Assembly: GCA_002269645.1 (NCBI GenBank)
Contig: NIVC01002374.1
Coordinates: 1-64,000, forward strand
DNA length: 64,000 nucleotides
Direction of reading: 5' to 3'
Origin: Macrostomum lignano
Lineage: Eukaryota
A program made the translations under genes and the position numbers. The notes under the pieces were generated by a model. The model was not told the DNA's origin and ran no database searches. It saw only the letters and a program-made list of their open reading frames with translations. This document shows, piece by piece, positions 27,358 through 40,984 of the stretch (position 1 is the first letter of the stretch; each line of letters opens with the position of its first letter).

Positions 27358-27498
27358 CATCTATCTATCCATCTATCTATCTATCTTTTGATCTATCTAT
27401 CCATCTATCTATCTATCCATCGTATCTATCTCCCACCTGCACCCGCAGACCGGCGCCAGGTTCGCTTCCAGGGTCAGCGCGGCGAGCGGAGCTACTGA
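15141..27498 (+). CDS. EIF3C: Eukaryotic translation initiation factor 3 subunit C (~915 aa)
   Basis: Exons 15141-15652, 16282-16582, 17192-17500, 19751-20227, 22266-22624, 23088-23415, 25116-25482, 26126-26170, 27449-27498; all GT-AG and phase-consistent. Hallmarks: acidic N-terminus, [53 protein letters not shown]-region [18 protein letters not shown]. Confidence 0.97.
15680..16100. repeat. 24-bp minisatellite (TCTGTGTCTGTGCCTGTCTTACCC), eIF3c intron 1
   Basis: Tandem units. Confidence 0.95.
16690..16855 (+). mobile_element. SINE family 1, 3'-truncated copy in eIF3c intron 2
   Basis: TAGCCTAGTGG A box, GGTTCGATTCT B box, GTGTCCTTGAGCAAGACATTTAACC...CTGTAAAATGGG. Confidence 0.85.
17740..19715. 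repeat. 25/28-bp minisatellite (ATGAGAATCGCCCTTCAACAACCCCACC), eIF3c intron 3
   Basis: Tandem units with a 480-bp higher-order duplication and one inserted MITE. Confidence 0.95.
17969..18140. mobile_element. 172-bp foldback MITE with 8-bp TSD (hAT-type)
   Basis: ATGAGAAT duplicated at 17961-17968 and 18141-18148; 63-bp inverted arms 17976-18038 and 18069-18131 with about 5 mismatches. Confidence 0.8.
20265..21581 (+). mobile_element. Full-length (1317 bp) mariner element, irritans/Hsmar2-like
   Basis: Perfect 26-bp TIR CGAGGGGTGATCAAAAAGTTCTGCAA with TA duplication at both ends; sits 37 bp downstream of the eIF3c exon 4 donor. Confidence 0.97.
20448..21508 (+). pseudogene. Mariner DD34D transposase pseudogene
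   Basis: HTH region, RSGRP, WVPHFL, ITGDK, HHDNA[11 protein letters not shown] with 34 residues between the 2nd and 3rd Asp, GKYFE end; in-frame TGA at 20868-20870 and several frameshifts. Confidence 0.95.
21595..22095. repeat. Degenerate GATCAATCTAATCTATCCAAATAGATCTAT tandem repeat, eIF3c intron 4
   Basis: Tandem units. Confidence 0.85.
22640..23050. repeat. 35-bp minisatellite (GAGATCTCAAATCATCACTTAGATTAGCAATCGTT), eIF3c intron 5
   Basis: Tandem units. Confidence 0.9.
23460..25040. repeat. TTGCAATA-based 9/15-bp compound minisatellite, eIF3c intron 6
   Basis: Alternating GTTGCAATA and GTTGCAATAATC(A/T/C)G units. Confidence 0.95.
25495..25990. repeat. ~27-bp minisatellite (GGGGTTTATGGCGATTTTTCTAATTG), eIF3c intron 7
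   Basis: Tandem units starting about 12 bp after the donor. Confidence 0.9.
26762..27430. repeat. (TCTA)n/(GATA)n microsatellite, eIF3c intron 8
   Basis: Direct observation; ends just before the last acceptor. Confidence 0.95.
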
Positions 27499-27999
27499 TT
27501 CTTGGACAAAAGATAGACAAGATGGAAAAGCTTGTTGACAGAGTGATTGTCCTTTGCGGCTTCTGAGCTCCCCTGTTTCAGAACTATAATGATCGTTTTC
27601 TTTGTTCCAGTTGTTGTCTCTCTCAGTTTTCCAGCTGCTGTTGGCCAAGGGCCATGGCCTCTTAAAACCATTGTCGAGGTCCTTGGTTGTCATCCAGTGA
27701 AGATTGAGTCATTCGCCCGCTCACTGTTAGCGCTGCAGTTGATTGTTTTAGTTCTCTATTGGTGAAGGGTGTCGCTTATCACAGAGCTGAGTTTGTGTGG
27801 CCGGCTCTGTGCCGGAATCTAAGATGCTAATAAATTGCATTAAACCGTTTGTAGCCTCTTGCCTGCGCTCGGTTAGTTAATTATTAGTGTGACAGAAATG
27901 TTTGCGGTTTGCTTAGTTCGTGTCTTGATGGCTTTTTATTTCAAAGGTCAATTTTGGTAGAAATGTAGACAAATTAACTACCTTGATGGCTTTTTTAGC

Positions 28000-28404
28000 G
28001 CCAAGATAAGTGCCTGCCGGCGGCGCCAAGATGAGTGCCTGGCTGCGGCGCCAAGATGAGTGCCTGCCGGCGGCGCCAAGATGAGTGTCTGCCTACAGCG
28101 CCAAAATGAGTGTCTGCCTACAGCGCCAAAATGAGTGTCTGCGGCGCCAAACGAGTGTCTGCCTACAGCGCCAAAATGAGTGTCTGCGGCGCCAAAATGA
28201 GTGTGCCTACAGCGCCAAAATGAGTGTCTGCGGCGCCAAACGAGTGCCTGCCTACGGCGCCAAAATGAGTGTCTGGCGGCGGCGCCAAAATGAGTGCCAA
28301 CAATAAGCTCGTACCAATTCCGAAAATAGTATGAGAATTCATTCCTGTAGAATTCTTGGCTTTATCTCCCCCACTCCGCCATAAAAGCCATGGTAACGCC
28401 CCTG
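28000..28404 (-). mobile_element. Partial inverted copy of the 29219-29735 MITE
   Basis: GCGCCAAAATGAGTG(C/T)CT array plus GTAGAATTCTTGGCTTT...CCATGGTAACGCCCCTG, the reverse complement of the other copy's left part. Confidence 0.7.
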
Positions 28405-28668
28405 GATACGCGCACAGACACACGACATGCACACACAGGCCTAGGGGTACAGAACGGGCCCGACGTTCCCGTTAAACGCCAAACCACTGGCCCGCGTCGC
28501 TGTTCTTTTATAAAACTTGCTATCAATTTTCCAGCAAAAATCGACACATTTACTACTAGTTTCTATCGGAGCTTCGGTACTATCGGTACTTCACAACGTG
28601 CTCTCAAGTAACTATTAAAACTTTAACACTGAAATGTTATATCGTGTCAGAAAGGTCCTCCATAGTGC

Positions 28669-30692
28669 TCAAGGCAGTTGCCGATTCGAGCTCGGGACGT
28701 CTCCATCTTGACTTGACGGGCGATCGCTGCAGCGGCGAATCATGAGGCTGTCTCGGATTCGCTCTGCCGCACAGATCAGGGCAGTTCGGTAGCGCCGGGT
28801 GGCGCAGGCGCAGACGGCGCTGTTCGCGGAGAAGTGCAGCAGGTAGATCGCTTGGGCGTACCGCCTGGCCAGCAGGGCACGCAGCACCCAGCCCTGGCTG
28901 GCGTCGGAAGGCAGCAGGGCGCTGAACAGCATGGCGGCACTGTTGGGCAGGTTGAGCAGCAGGTAGGCCAAGCAGACGCAGAGCAGCATCCGGGTGACCT
29001 GACGGCTCTGCCGCATTCGGTCGACAGCGGCTTCGTTGCAGTTGCAAACGTCTGCCCCGGCCAGAAGCTGTGGAGCCGAGCAGGAGCGCCTGCGGTTGCA
29101 TCAAATTAATTCATTTATTTTACAGCTAAAGGCTGCGTATGTGGCTGTTCAGTCCAAGGACTGGGAGGGCTCGCCACACACCCTCAGTTACCCCTGAGCA
29201 GAGTTAAGTGTCTTGCTCAAGGGCGTCGCCATGGATGTTTTTGGGTACGGGGGGATGAGCAAAGCCAAGAATTCTACATGTAAATATCCATGACTAAAAT
29301 TCCTACTGTACATGTACATTACTTTCAGAATCGGTGTTGTCAACGCTTAATTTGGCGCTGCAGGCACTCATTTTAGCGCCGTAGGCACTCATTTTAGCGC
29401 CGCAGGCACTCATTTTGGCGCTGGAGGCACTCATTTTGGCGCCGCTGGCAGGCACTTATTTTAGCGCCGAAGGCAGGCACTCATTTTGGCGCCGCAAGCA
29501 GGCACTCATTTTGGCACCGCAAGCAGGCACTCATTTTGGCACCGCAAGCAGGCACTCATTTTGGTGCCGCAGGCGCTATATTTTGTCACCCTGAAGCAAA
29601 ATTATTGATTTCCGTAACGGGTCACAAGGTGACGTGGGGTATGGTGGGGACAACAAAGCCTTGCATGTCCCTCCATAGTTTTTACTTGGGGGGGGGACAT
29701 GTCCCTCCTGTCCCCCCCCGGTGGCGACGCCCCTGGTTACGTGTGCTGGCGCAACTTGTGGCAATATTTAGGCATGCTTATTATCCTTAATCACAGACTC
29801 ATGTGACAGTCGAGGCATGGGAAGCTTAAGTCGAAAGACACATGCAAAATGCGAAACGTCTTTTGCAGTAAATTACTCTGACTCACGTTATACGGGCTTC
29901 GAAATGCAAGCCAAGAAACATAGTGACGTTTTTTATCCTATTTTGGTTCGCATGTTTCAGGGGATGTGACTAACATTAGCATCACACCATGGGGCAACAT
30001 CGGATTGTTGGCAGTTGGGCAAATTCTTGAATTTTTACTCACCGAACCTCCGTGCTCTTGGCCAGCAGTCTCCGGTAGGCGGCTCGCACTCGGCAGCCGA
30101 TGCAGCAGTTAAGCGCGCAGATCGCCAATCCCGGCACCAGCGCCGTGATTGCGCAATCGAGCGTCGAAGCCGCCAATTCGAAGCCGTCCCGTCTGGCGCA
30201 GTGCATCTGCACCGTCGTTCCGTTGCCACCTGGCTCGGCGTGTCCCGGCAGCACGTAGACTGTGGTGAAGAGCACGTGAGAGTTGACTAGGCCGCAGGCG
30301 GCCACGGCCGACCAGATGACGGCTGGCGAGCCACCCAGACCGGGCCTGCCGAAGGTGAGCAGCGCTCTGTCCAGCGACACGCAGACCAGCAGCCAGGGGC
30401 TGAGTGTGCTCAGCGTGCCGAATACGAACTGGCTGGCAAAGCAGCCGAAGCCGCTGCGAATGTGCGCGTCTGTCAGTGCGAAGCCGGCGTAGCACAGCAG
30501 TAGCAGCAGGTCGGTGAGCGACAGGGCGCTCAGGTAGGCAGCCAAGTAGTGACGCCAGACTCTGCGCTGTGAGAAAGCCAGCAGGCTGAGTGTGTTGGCA
30601 GCGATGCCACAGCACAGGATGGCGGGCTCAACCTTGGTGAGGATCTGCAGCATGAAAGCGTAGAGTGCCTCGGGATCTGTTGAATTCGTCAT
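28669..30692 (-). CDS. Rhodopsin-class (peptide-receptor-like) GPCR, ~356 aa, atypical motifs
   Basis: Exons 30692-30043 and 29089-28669 (phase 2). Seven hydrophobic segments, TM1 GIAANTL, TM2 LSLTDL, TM3 SLDRA, ECL2 Cys, TM6 LLNLP, TM7 HFSANSAVC; strong Kozak GCCATG. Confidence 0.85.
29128..29222 (-). mobile_element. SINE family 1 internal fragment cut by a MITE
   Basis: GGCTGTTCAGTCCAAGGACTGGG...GAGTTAAGTGTCTTGCTCAAGG matches family 1 in reverse. Confidence 0.7.
29219..29735 (+). mobile_element. ~515-bp MITE with (C/A)AGGG(G)CGTCGCCA TIRs and an internal AGGCACTCATTTTGGCGC array
   Basis: GGGCGTCGCCA at 29221 and TGGCGACGCCCCTG ending at 29735; no TSD found. Confidence 0.7.
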
Positions 30693-32686
30693 GGCGGACA
30701 GGTTCCAGTCTGAAAATGTGGGACAACATGGGATCTGTGAGTTTTTCTTCTTTGAATAGCATTATCCTGTTATTTGCATAAGTTTAGAAGTGGTTTGTCA
30801 TTGGCTGAATTCGAGGAAGGCTCTCATTGGTTCGCAGCATGCGGGCTGCTCGGATTGTACAAGAGGCAGTCTGGTTTACGCTTTTCTATTTTGACGAGGT
30901 GAAAATTCTCGACGCTGCGAAACTAGGCGTGAACCCCTTAACGTTACGTAATTTTTTATTTAAATCGCGCTGTTTTATGTTTGTAGAATGCTTTTTTCCA
31001 ACTTGCACAATATTCAAGATTCAACTTATGAATCCTAAAACCAGTGGCGTCACCACCAATTCAACGCCCCTGTGACACTGTAAACAGGAAGATCTTCAGA
31101 CAAGACTGCTTATTGACTAAGCTTTTTAAAATTCAAAAAACGTTTATCATGCTTTTTACCATGGTTGATTTTGTGTTGTTCTAAAAAAAATTCTTTTTTT
31201 TGTTTTTAAATGTGACGACTACAGCACCCAGCCTGTGGCTCGACTAGCTTTGGACATGATCTGAGCACCTAAATTGCTTGCGGACTTAGCGCTTGGTTGG
31301 TAATACAAAGAAATTAAATGTTTTCGTCTCTGTCATTATGACAATTTTTTCAAAGTGGATGCATAAAGTACGCACTACTTTTGTGCATTGCGAGAAACTC
31401 AACCCGAATTGCTTTTTCTTGTAATATTTTGTTTTTCTGCAGTCGTTTAACGTTACGCGTCAGATGGTTTTTGGACAATTTAAGTAGAAGTTAAGTAACG
31501 CATGCTTGACGTATCGCTTAAGCATTTTTATGTCCTCCAGAAATAAGAATTGTGTTTGACAAATGGTAGAGAAGAAAATCAAGTAAAGCGTCCTTCTCAC
31601 TTCTTCAGTTGTCTATATGCGATGTTGTGCCATGGAGGAAAGAATGGAATGGAGTGCTAATCTGAGCAAGTTATTTTTATCTCGCTCGATTTTCGCTTTT
31701 AACATCCCTTTCCCCCTGTTCTTTCCTATTGGCTGAAAGCATATTTTAATGCGAGCTGGAACTATGCTGGGACAGACCTTTTAGAGGGGAACGAAAGCGA
31801 AAACGAGACGAAAAATACTTTGTCTATGGCAGTCACGAGCCAATATTCAAAAAAACTTTGATTAGGCTTTGTAACCGCTTGCACGACTGTGTTGTGGAAA
31901 AAAAACAAAAAAGTTTATGGTCTTGTGCATGAAACATTTATTTGTCTTCAACCATTTATTTGACCATAACGACATATAGCAACGATCAAATCCATAGACT
32001 ATTGACTTAGTCTCTGCAGCACTAGAATTTTGATAGTCGATGTCAGAAAAGTACTTTTGTCTTTCTGGCACTTCATAGTGTTCACAATAGTGTTATTAGA
32101 AAGTTCAGATCCTATTTTATTATCTCTTGTAGCTCCTTGAGCACCATCAGTTTATATTGATCACCAGAAAGACGCCCACTGTCTCTTCTTCTTGTTGTGC
32201 TATTCCGTAAACGATTGATCATCTATGCAGCTTTCTTTTTAGTAGCTTCTGGCACACAGCCATCGACAACAGCCATGCGTGAGCTCATCTTTTAACATAA
32301 AATGGAAGCGAGGGTCTTCTGGTTTACATGTATGTCGATCAGAAAGATGTATTTGTCTTTCTGGAGAAAAATACTGTACCACCCGTTTATTCATTTTTGT
32401 CTATGGCCAAAACGACCTTGATATTGTCTCTCGATCATTCTGACGGTCATAGATAAATGAATAAACGAGAGACATAGTTTGATAAGAAGTGGCTTATTGC
32501 GCATCTGTCCCGCGAAGCTTTTAATACCATAGAATCTTAGTTTAAAAGAAAACCAACTCCACATATAATATAACGGCAACTTTGCGTTAAGAAATAAATT
32601 TGTCAAGTTTTATACTAACTCGAGCAAGCAAACTGGTACTCAACTTTCATCTTGGTCAATACGTTCGTAATACGTCGGAAACCAGT

Positions 32687-35506
32687 ATGCAAACGGATTG
32701 GTTCCCGAACATTGGCCGAACAGATGAGGAGGACCCAGAAAATTTCGGCCACGATCTGCGAATCACCGCCAGCACTCGGAGAACTCTGCAGCGGCACAGG
32801 GAGCTGCTGAAGGCAAGGACACTGCTGCGGACCCGGGGGGAGAGCTTCCTCTTTGGCGAGGGTGCGTCAGCGACTTCCTGCCATCCTGCTCTCATTCATT
32901 CTGCCATCCTGACATCCTGCCATCCTGACATCCTGACATCCTAGCATCCTGACATCCTGATATCCTGACATCCTGCCATCCTAGCATCCTGACATCCTGA
33001 CATCCTGACATCTTTATATCCTGCCATCCTGACATCCTGACATCCTGACATCCTGACATCTTTATATCCTGCCATCCTGACATCCTGACATCCTGACATC
33101 CTGACATCCTGACATCCTGCCATCCTGCTCTCATTCATTCTGCCATCCTGACATCCTGCCATCCTGACATCCTGACATCCTGACATCCTGCCATCCTGCT
33201 CTCATTCATTCTGCCATCCTGACATCCTGCCATCCTGCCATCCTGACATCCTAGCATCCTGACATCCTGACATCCTGACATCCTAGCATCCTGACATCCT
33301 GACATCCTGTTATTCTGACATCCTGACATCCTGACATCCTGACATCCTGCCATTGTGCCATCTTTATATCCTGCCATCCTGACATCCTGACATCCTGCCA
33401 TCTTTATATCCTGAAATCCTGACATTATACAATTCTGACATCCTGACATCCTGCCATTATGCCATCCTGACATCCTGTTATCCTGACATCCTGGCATCCT
33501 GACATCCTGTTATCCTGACATCCTGACATCCTGCCATTATGCCATCCTGACATCCTGTTATTCTGACATCCTGACATCCTGACATCCTGCCATTATGCCA
33601 TCCTGACATCCTGACATCCTGACATCCTGACATCCTGACATCCTGACATCCTGACATCCTGCCATTATGCCATCCTGCCATCCTGACATCCTGACATCCT
33701 GACATCCTGCCAACCTGACATCCTGCCATCCTGAAATCTTGACATCCTGCCATTCAACATCCTGACATTCAAATGACCCTCCACCAAGCGAGCCGAGCAG
33801 TTCCCAACCCCTATTCCAGACTCCATGGAGACGGAGGAGCCGCCGATTCTGCAGGACGGCAGCAACGCGGAGAGCGGCCTGTTGCGCTCCGGCTGGGGCA
33901 ACAGCCAGCTCAACGAATCGCGCTCCGAACTGGCCATTCTCCCTGGCGGCGCCTGCGGCCGGTCGCGCCAGGGCGCCGAGGACTTGAAAGTGTTCGATTT
34001 TGTCGATTCAACCAAGCAGCTGATTCAGAAAGGCTGGAACAGCCGTCTGTTTCGGAAGCACAAGCTGGCAGCTTACAATTGGTCCTACAGGGCCCCGCAG
34101 CCTCTCATGGATGGCAGGTACTTCTGCCGCCTCACCGCCAAGGACATCGCTGAACCGGCTGCGCTGCAGGCTGCCACCATTAACAGCGGTGAGTCAGTCA
34201 GTCAGTCAGTCAGTCATCCACTCAAGTCAGTCAGTCAGTCAGTCAGTCAGTCAGTCAGTCAGTCAGTCAGTCAGTCAGTCAGTCAGTCAGTCAGTCAGTC
34301 AGTCAGGCAGTCAGTCAGTCAGTCCGCACCGAACCCTCAGGCTGCAGCATATTCACTCCCAAGTACGGAGTGTCAGCTCGGGACACGCTGCGCGAGAACT
34401 GCGGCATTCTGTTCTTCACGAAGGACATCGATCTTGACTACAACCTGAGCCTACGTCAGATGCGCAACACCCACCCCAAGCTGATGTCGGGTCGATACTA
34501 CGTGCCGTTTCTTGCATTCGTTCGAGCACTGCGACGCAACAGAGTTGAGCGCGGACAGCCAAGGTGGGTGCGCTGGGTTAAGCAAAATTGGTCGCGGTTA
34601 GTACTCTCAGATGAGAGGACTTCGAAAAGTTCTCAACGCTGAAAATAGTTTTAAGGTCTTTTGCAAGACCGTACTTTTTCATACGACACTGAGAAAACAT
34701 TTCTCAGTCTATGGCCACGAGTTGCTTAAATTTCTATGGCCATGAGTTGCTTAAATGTCTATGGCCACGAGTTTCTTAAATGTCTATGGCCATGAGTTGC
34801 TTAAATGTCTATGGCCACGAGTTTCTTAAATGTCTATGGCCATGAGTTGCTTAAATGTCTATGGCCACGAGTTTCTTAAATGTCTATGGCCACGATCAGT
34901 TGCTTAAATGTCTATGGCCACGAGTTTCTTAAATGTCTATGGCCACGAGTTGCTTAAATGTCTATGGCCACGAGTTGCTTAAATGTCTATGGCCATGAGT
35001 TGCTTAAATGTCTATGGCCACGAGTTTCTTAAATGTCTATGGCCACGATCAGTTGCTTAAATGTATATGGCCACGAGTTTCTTAAATTTCTATGGCCACG
35101 AGTTGCTTAAATGTCTATGGCCACGAGTTGCTTAAATGTCTATGGCCATGAGTTGCTTAAATGTCTATGGCCACGAGTTGCTTAAATGTCTATGGCCATG
35201 AGTTGCTTAAATGTCTATGGCCACGAGTTTCTTAAATGTCTATGGCCACGAGTTGCTTAAATGTCTATGGCCACGAGTTGCTTAAATATCACCTCAAACA
35301 AAATCCGCAGGCGCATCAACAGTCGCGACCTTCTGACGGGCGCTGGCTGGCTGATGCTGCTAGTCTTCCTGCTGCTGTTCATCGGCATTATCATGGCCGA
35401 CCCCCAGGAAGTGTCCGGAAGCGAGACAAAGAAGAAGCAACTGCTGATAGCGATGATCTTGGCGCCGACTCTGGCATTCGTCCTTGGATTTGGCAGCGGT
35501 GTTTGA
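32687..35506 (+). CDS. Hypothetical ~320-aa protein with two C-terminal transmembrane helices
   Basis: Exons 32687-32861, 33820-34188, 34341-34563, 35311-35506; GT-AG with phases 1/1/2 consistent. C-terminus AGWLMLLVFLLLFIGIIMA...QLLIAMILAPTLAFVLGFGSGV. No family recognised; the start codon is inferred. Confidence 0.75.
32878..33772. repeat. 8-bp (CATCCTGA/CATCCTGC)n array filling intron 1 of the orphan gene
   Basis: Direct observation. Confidence 0.95.
34190..34323. repeat. (CAGT)n microsatellite continuous with the donor GTGAGT
   Basis: GTGAGTCAGTCAGT... fills most of the 152-bp intron. Confidence 0.95.
34715..35285. repeat. 25-bp minisatellite (TCTATGGCCACGAGTTGCTTAAATG)
   Basis: Tandem units in intron 3 of the orphan gene. 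Confidence 0.95.
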
Positions 35507-35859
35507 CTGCAAGAGAAAAGCGAGCGGACAAGCAAAGCAGGGAAAACTATAAAAAAATTGAGCCAGATGTACTTTTATAGAAAAAATCAATTGTTTTAAG
35601 TTTTAATTTTGGCTGCGCATGATTTTATGGCTAGGCTGGTGTCTGGAAAATTCAACTTAGAACAATTGATTGTTTGATATTGCTTTTGTCAGTCAAATTG
35701 ATAGAAAGCCAATCAGCAGAAATGACGCGTGTGGTTCCACATTTTCTACTTGATTGTCTTTTAATCTGAGAGCAGAGCTTTAAAAAGTTGGCTTGGCTTG
35801 CAGTATGTGGGAGACGGAAGCTTAAATTACGATCTGTCCATTCGATGGCTTTATTGTTT

Positions 35860-36065
35860 ATGGCCATGAGTAGTTTTATTGCCTATGGCCAAGAATAGTT
35901 TTATTGTCTATGGCCAAGAGTAGTTTTATTGTCTATGGCCAAGAGTAGTTTTATTGTCTATGGCCAAGAGTAGTTTTATTGTCTATGGCCAAGAGTAGTT
36001 TTATTGTCTATGGCCAAGAATAGTTTTATTGTCTATTGCAAGGGTAGTTTTATTGTCTATGGCAA
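35860..36065. repeat. 25-bp minisatellite (TCTATGGCCAAGAGTAGTTTTATTG)
   Basis: Tandem units; 20/25 identical to the 34715 unit. Confidence 0.9.
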
Positions 36066-36559
36066 ATACAAGAGTTTTTCCGTGCTGCTTGTCCGCTGCA
36101 GGTCTCTTTTTCTCTCTCCCTAACAGCTCTTTTCGGATTCCGATTCGATTACTGCAAGTAGCAATACAAAGAAATTATTGTCCATAGGGTTTGAAAGCTG
36201 ATAAACTAACACTAGTACGATGACACAAAATAGCATTTAACTACGCTCGTAGTTTACAATGGATATTAATTTTCTGCTTCAGAGAATGTGTCGGCCCACG
36301 CAGAAACGTTTCATATTTTACAGTACTCAGGGAGAGACAATAAAAAATTATTGCATAGTTGTAAAAGTTAGTAGTTATATATTGCCATATAATCAGATAA
36401 CAGACTGATCGCTTTTAGGCTCAGAACTTGTTAAAATACAACAGCGGTTTTATGGAGATGATGCTGGGCCATTTTCCTGCAGTCAGCATCCCTCATAAAC
36501 TCAGGAGCTCATGAGCTCTTAAAAAATCACTCGATCACGAACGAAATTATGAACTCATT

Positions 36560-36805
36560 AACTTATAAACTCACAAAGTGAATACTATGAGTAAACTCAT
36601 GAACCCACACATAAACTCATGAAATCGAAACATAACTCATTAACTCACCCATAAACTCATGAACTCACTCATGAACTAATGAACTCACTCATAAACTAAT
36701 GAACTCACCCATAAATTCATAAACTCATGAGCTCACTTATAAACTCATGAGCTTACTCATGAGCTCACTAGCTCGCTCAATCATAAACTCATGCACTCAT
36801 AAAGT
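36560..36805. repeat. Degenerate CATAAACTCATGAACTCAC repeat
   Basis: Tandem units. Confidence 0.8.
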
Positions 36806-37468
36806 CAATTCCCTCAACAGAGTTGGACCCGCAATTAAGTGGGTTGCTATGGGAAATTTATTACCCGACATGTAGCGATGCTTTATTGCTAAATAATTCA
36901 CCAAGCCGACATACAGAATCAACTCTGGTCATATGGCAAGCAGATTTCAGGAGACTCAAAAGTCGGAAAAAACAATACTTTTCCATAGAAAAGACCTTGA
37001 AGATTAGTAATTCCTCTGTTAGTACAGCTACGGTGCAACTCGCATTGGCAAAACAGAAAAGTCCTCTACCAATGGTCTTAGACTAACTGTATAATAAGCT
37101 TTTTCTCAGTCGCATAAGATATTAACCTGGCCCAAGTTGTCTTGTTGAGATGCAACGTCGAGGAGAGAGACAGAGTGAGAGGCGTAGACGAGAGCAAACT
37201 TATCTTGACGACAAGTTTAGCTCTGCACTTTCTCCCTCCCTACTGCAGTCTGTCTCCAGCCTTCCAGAGCACTGCTACTAATTTTCCATTGTCTAATAAC
37301 GGAGCGCCAGTCTCTCTATCCAGTTTTTCTACTCTTTATAACCCGATCTGCCCCGGCCCGGTCCCCTAGCAGTGCAGCAGCTAAAACAGCAGTCTAATCT
37401 ACAAGATTAATAGCTCATAACTTGAGTAGCAATTTGATTTGAGTACTACGAACCTCACATCCCCAGGC

Positions 37469-39966
<2,498 letters not shown>

Positions 39967-40084
39967 GTGAGTCGAAAAACTATAGTTAATTATAAATAAT
40001 ATTTCGTGCATGGATCATACCTAACCAAACCTATTCAGACCTAACTTTAACCCCAACCCTAACCCTAACGCCGTTGCTAAAGTG

Positions 40085-40430
40085 GTCTGGTGCGGCGCTC
40101 TGATGCGCTCTGATGGCCCAGGCTCGATTCCAAGTGCAGTCACATTAATTTGGGGCTGAATTGGAATCTCGGCTTGGCTCTGCTCGTGCAATTAACGGCC
40201 TTGAGAGCCAACCCCAAGGCACAGTGAAGTGTACATGCTTAACAATAAATAAAGTTAGGGCGCTGTACACTCCTGTGTGAGTGTGTGTCTGTGCGTATGA
40301 CTGCGTACGTATCCGCGCGCTTGTGTGCCTGCTCAGGGAGTCGGGCAGCAATGCGTCTCGCCGGTTGTGCGACAATGTCGCTTAAGTGCGCCAGGGTGCA
40401 CACAGCCCTGTCTTTACTAAAATAATTACT
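40085..40430 (+). mobile_element. tRNA-derived SINE, family 2
   Basis: Near-identical to 55535-55857 from GACCCAGGCTCGATTCC (here GGCCCAGGCTCGATTCC) onward; A-rich tail. Confidence 0.85.
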
Positions 40431-40543
40431 CTAGCCCGACCCCACAGATACTAAATAACTAGATTGGTCAACTCAGCATATATACTTAGAAAAACAGCTT
40501 TCTACTTTCAGTTCAGTAGCAAAGAAGAATACATAAGCTATTT

Positions 40544-40899
40544 NNNNNNNNNNNNNNNNNNNNNNNNNNNNNNNNNNNNNNNNNNNNNNNNNNNNNNNNN
40601 NNNNNNNNNNNNNNNNNNNNNNNNNNNNNNNNNNNNNNNNNNNNNNNNNNNNNNNNNNNNNNNNNNNNNNNNNNNNNNNNNNNNNNNNNNNNNNNNNNNN
40701 NNNNNNNNNNNNNNNNNNNNNNNNNNNNNNNNNNNNNNNNNNNNNNNNNNNNNNNNNNNNNNNNNNNNNNNNNNNNNNNNNNNNNNNNNNNNNNNNNNNN
40801 NNNNNNNNNNNNNNNNNNNNNNNNNNNNNNNNNNNNNNNNNNNNNNNNNNNNNNNNNNNNNNNNNNNNNNNNNNNNNNNNNNNNNNNNNNNNNNNNNNN
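40544..40899. other. Assembly gap (356 N) followed by (CT)n
   Basis: N run; (CT)n at 40900-40985. Confidence 1.

Positions 40900-40984
<85 letters not shown>

Noticed and set aside
31862-32606. Possible transposase remnant in AT-rich DNA
   Set aside because: Frames I translated gave no DDE, zinc-finger or RT motif, and no TIRs were found.
32892-33753. MSGCQDVR-repeat ORFs, and the similar ORFs at 15682-16249 and 39100-39624
   Set aside because: Products of intronic 8-, 24- and 29-bp arrays.
40048-40070. Telomere-like CCCTAA repeats
   Set aside because: Only two to three units; too short to call an interstitial telomere.
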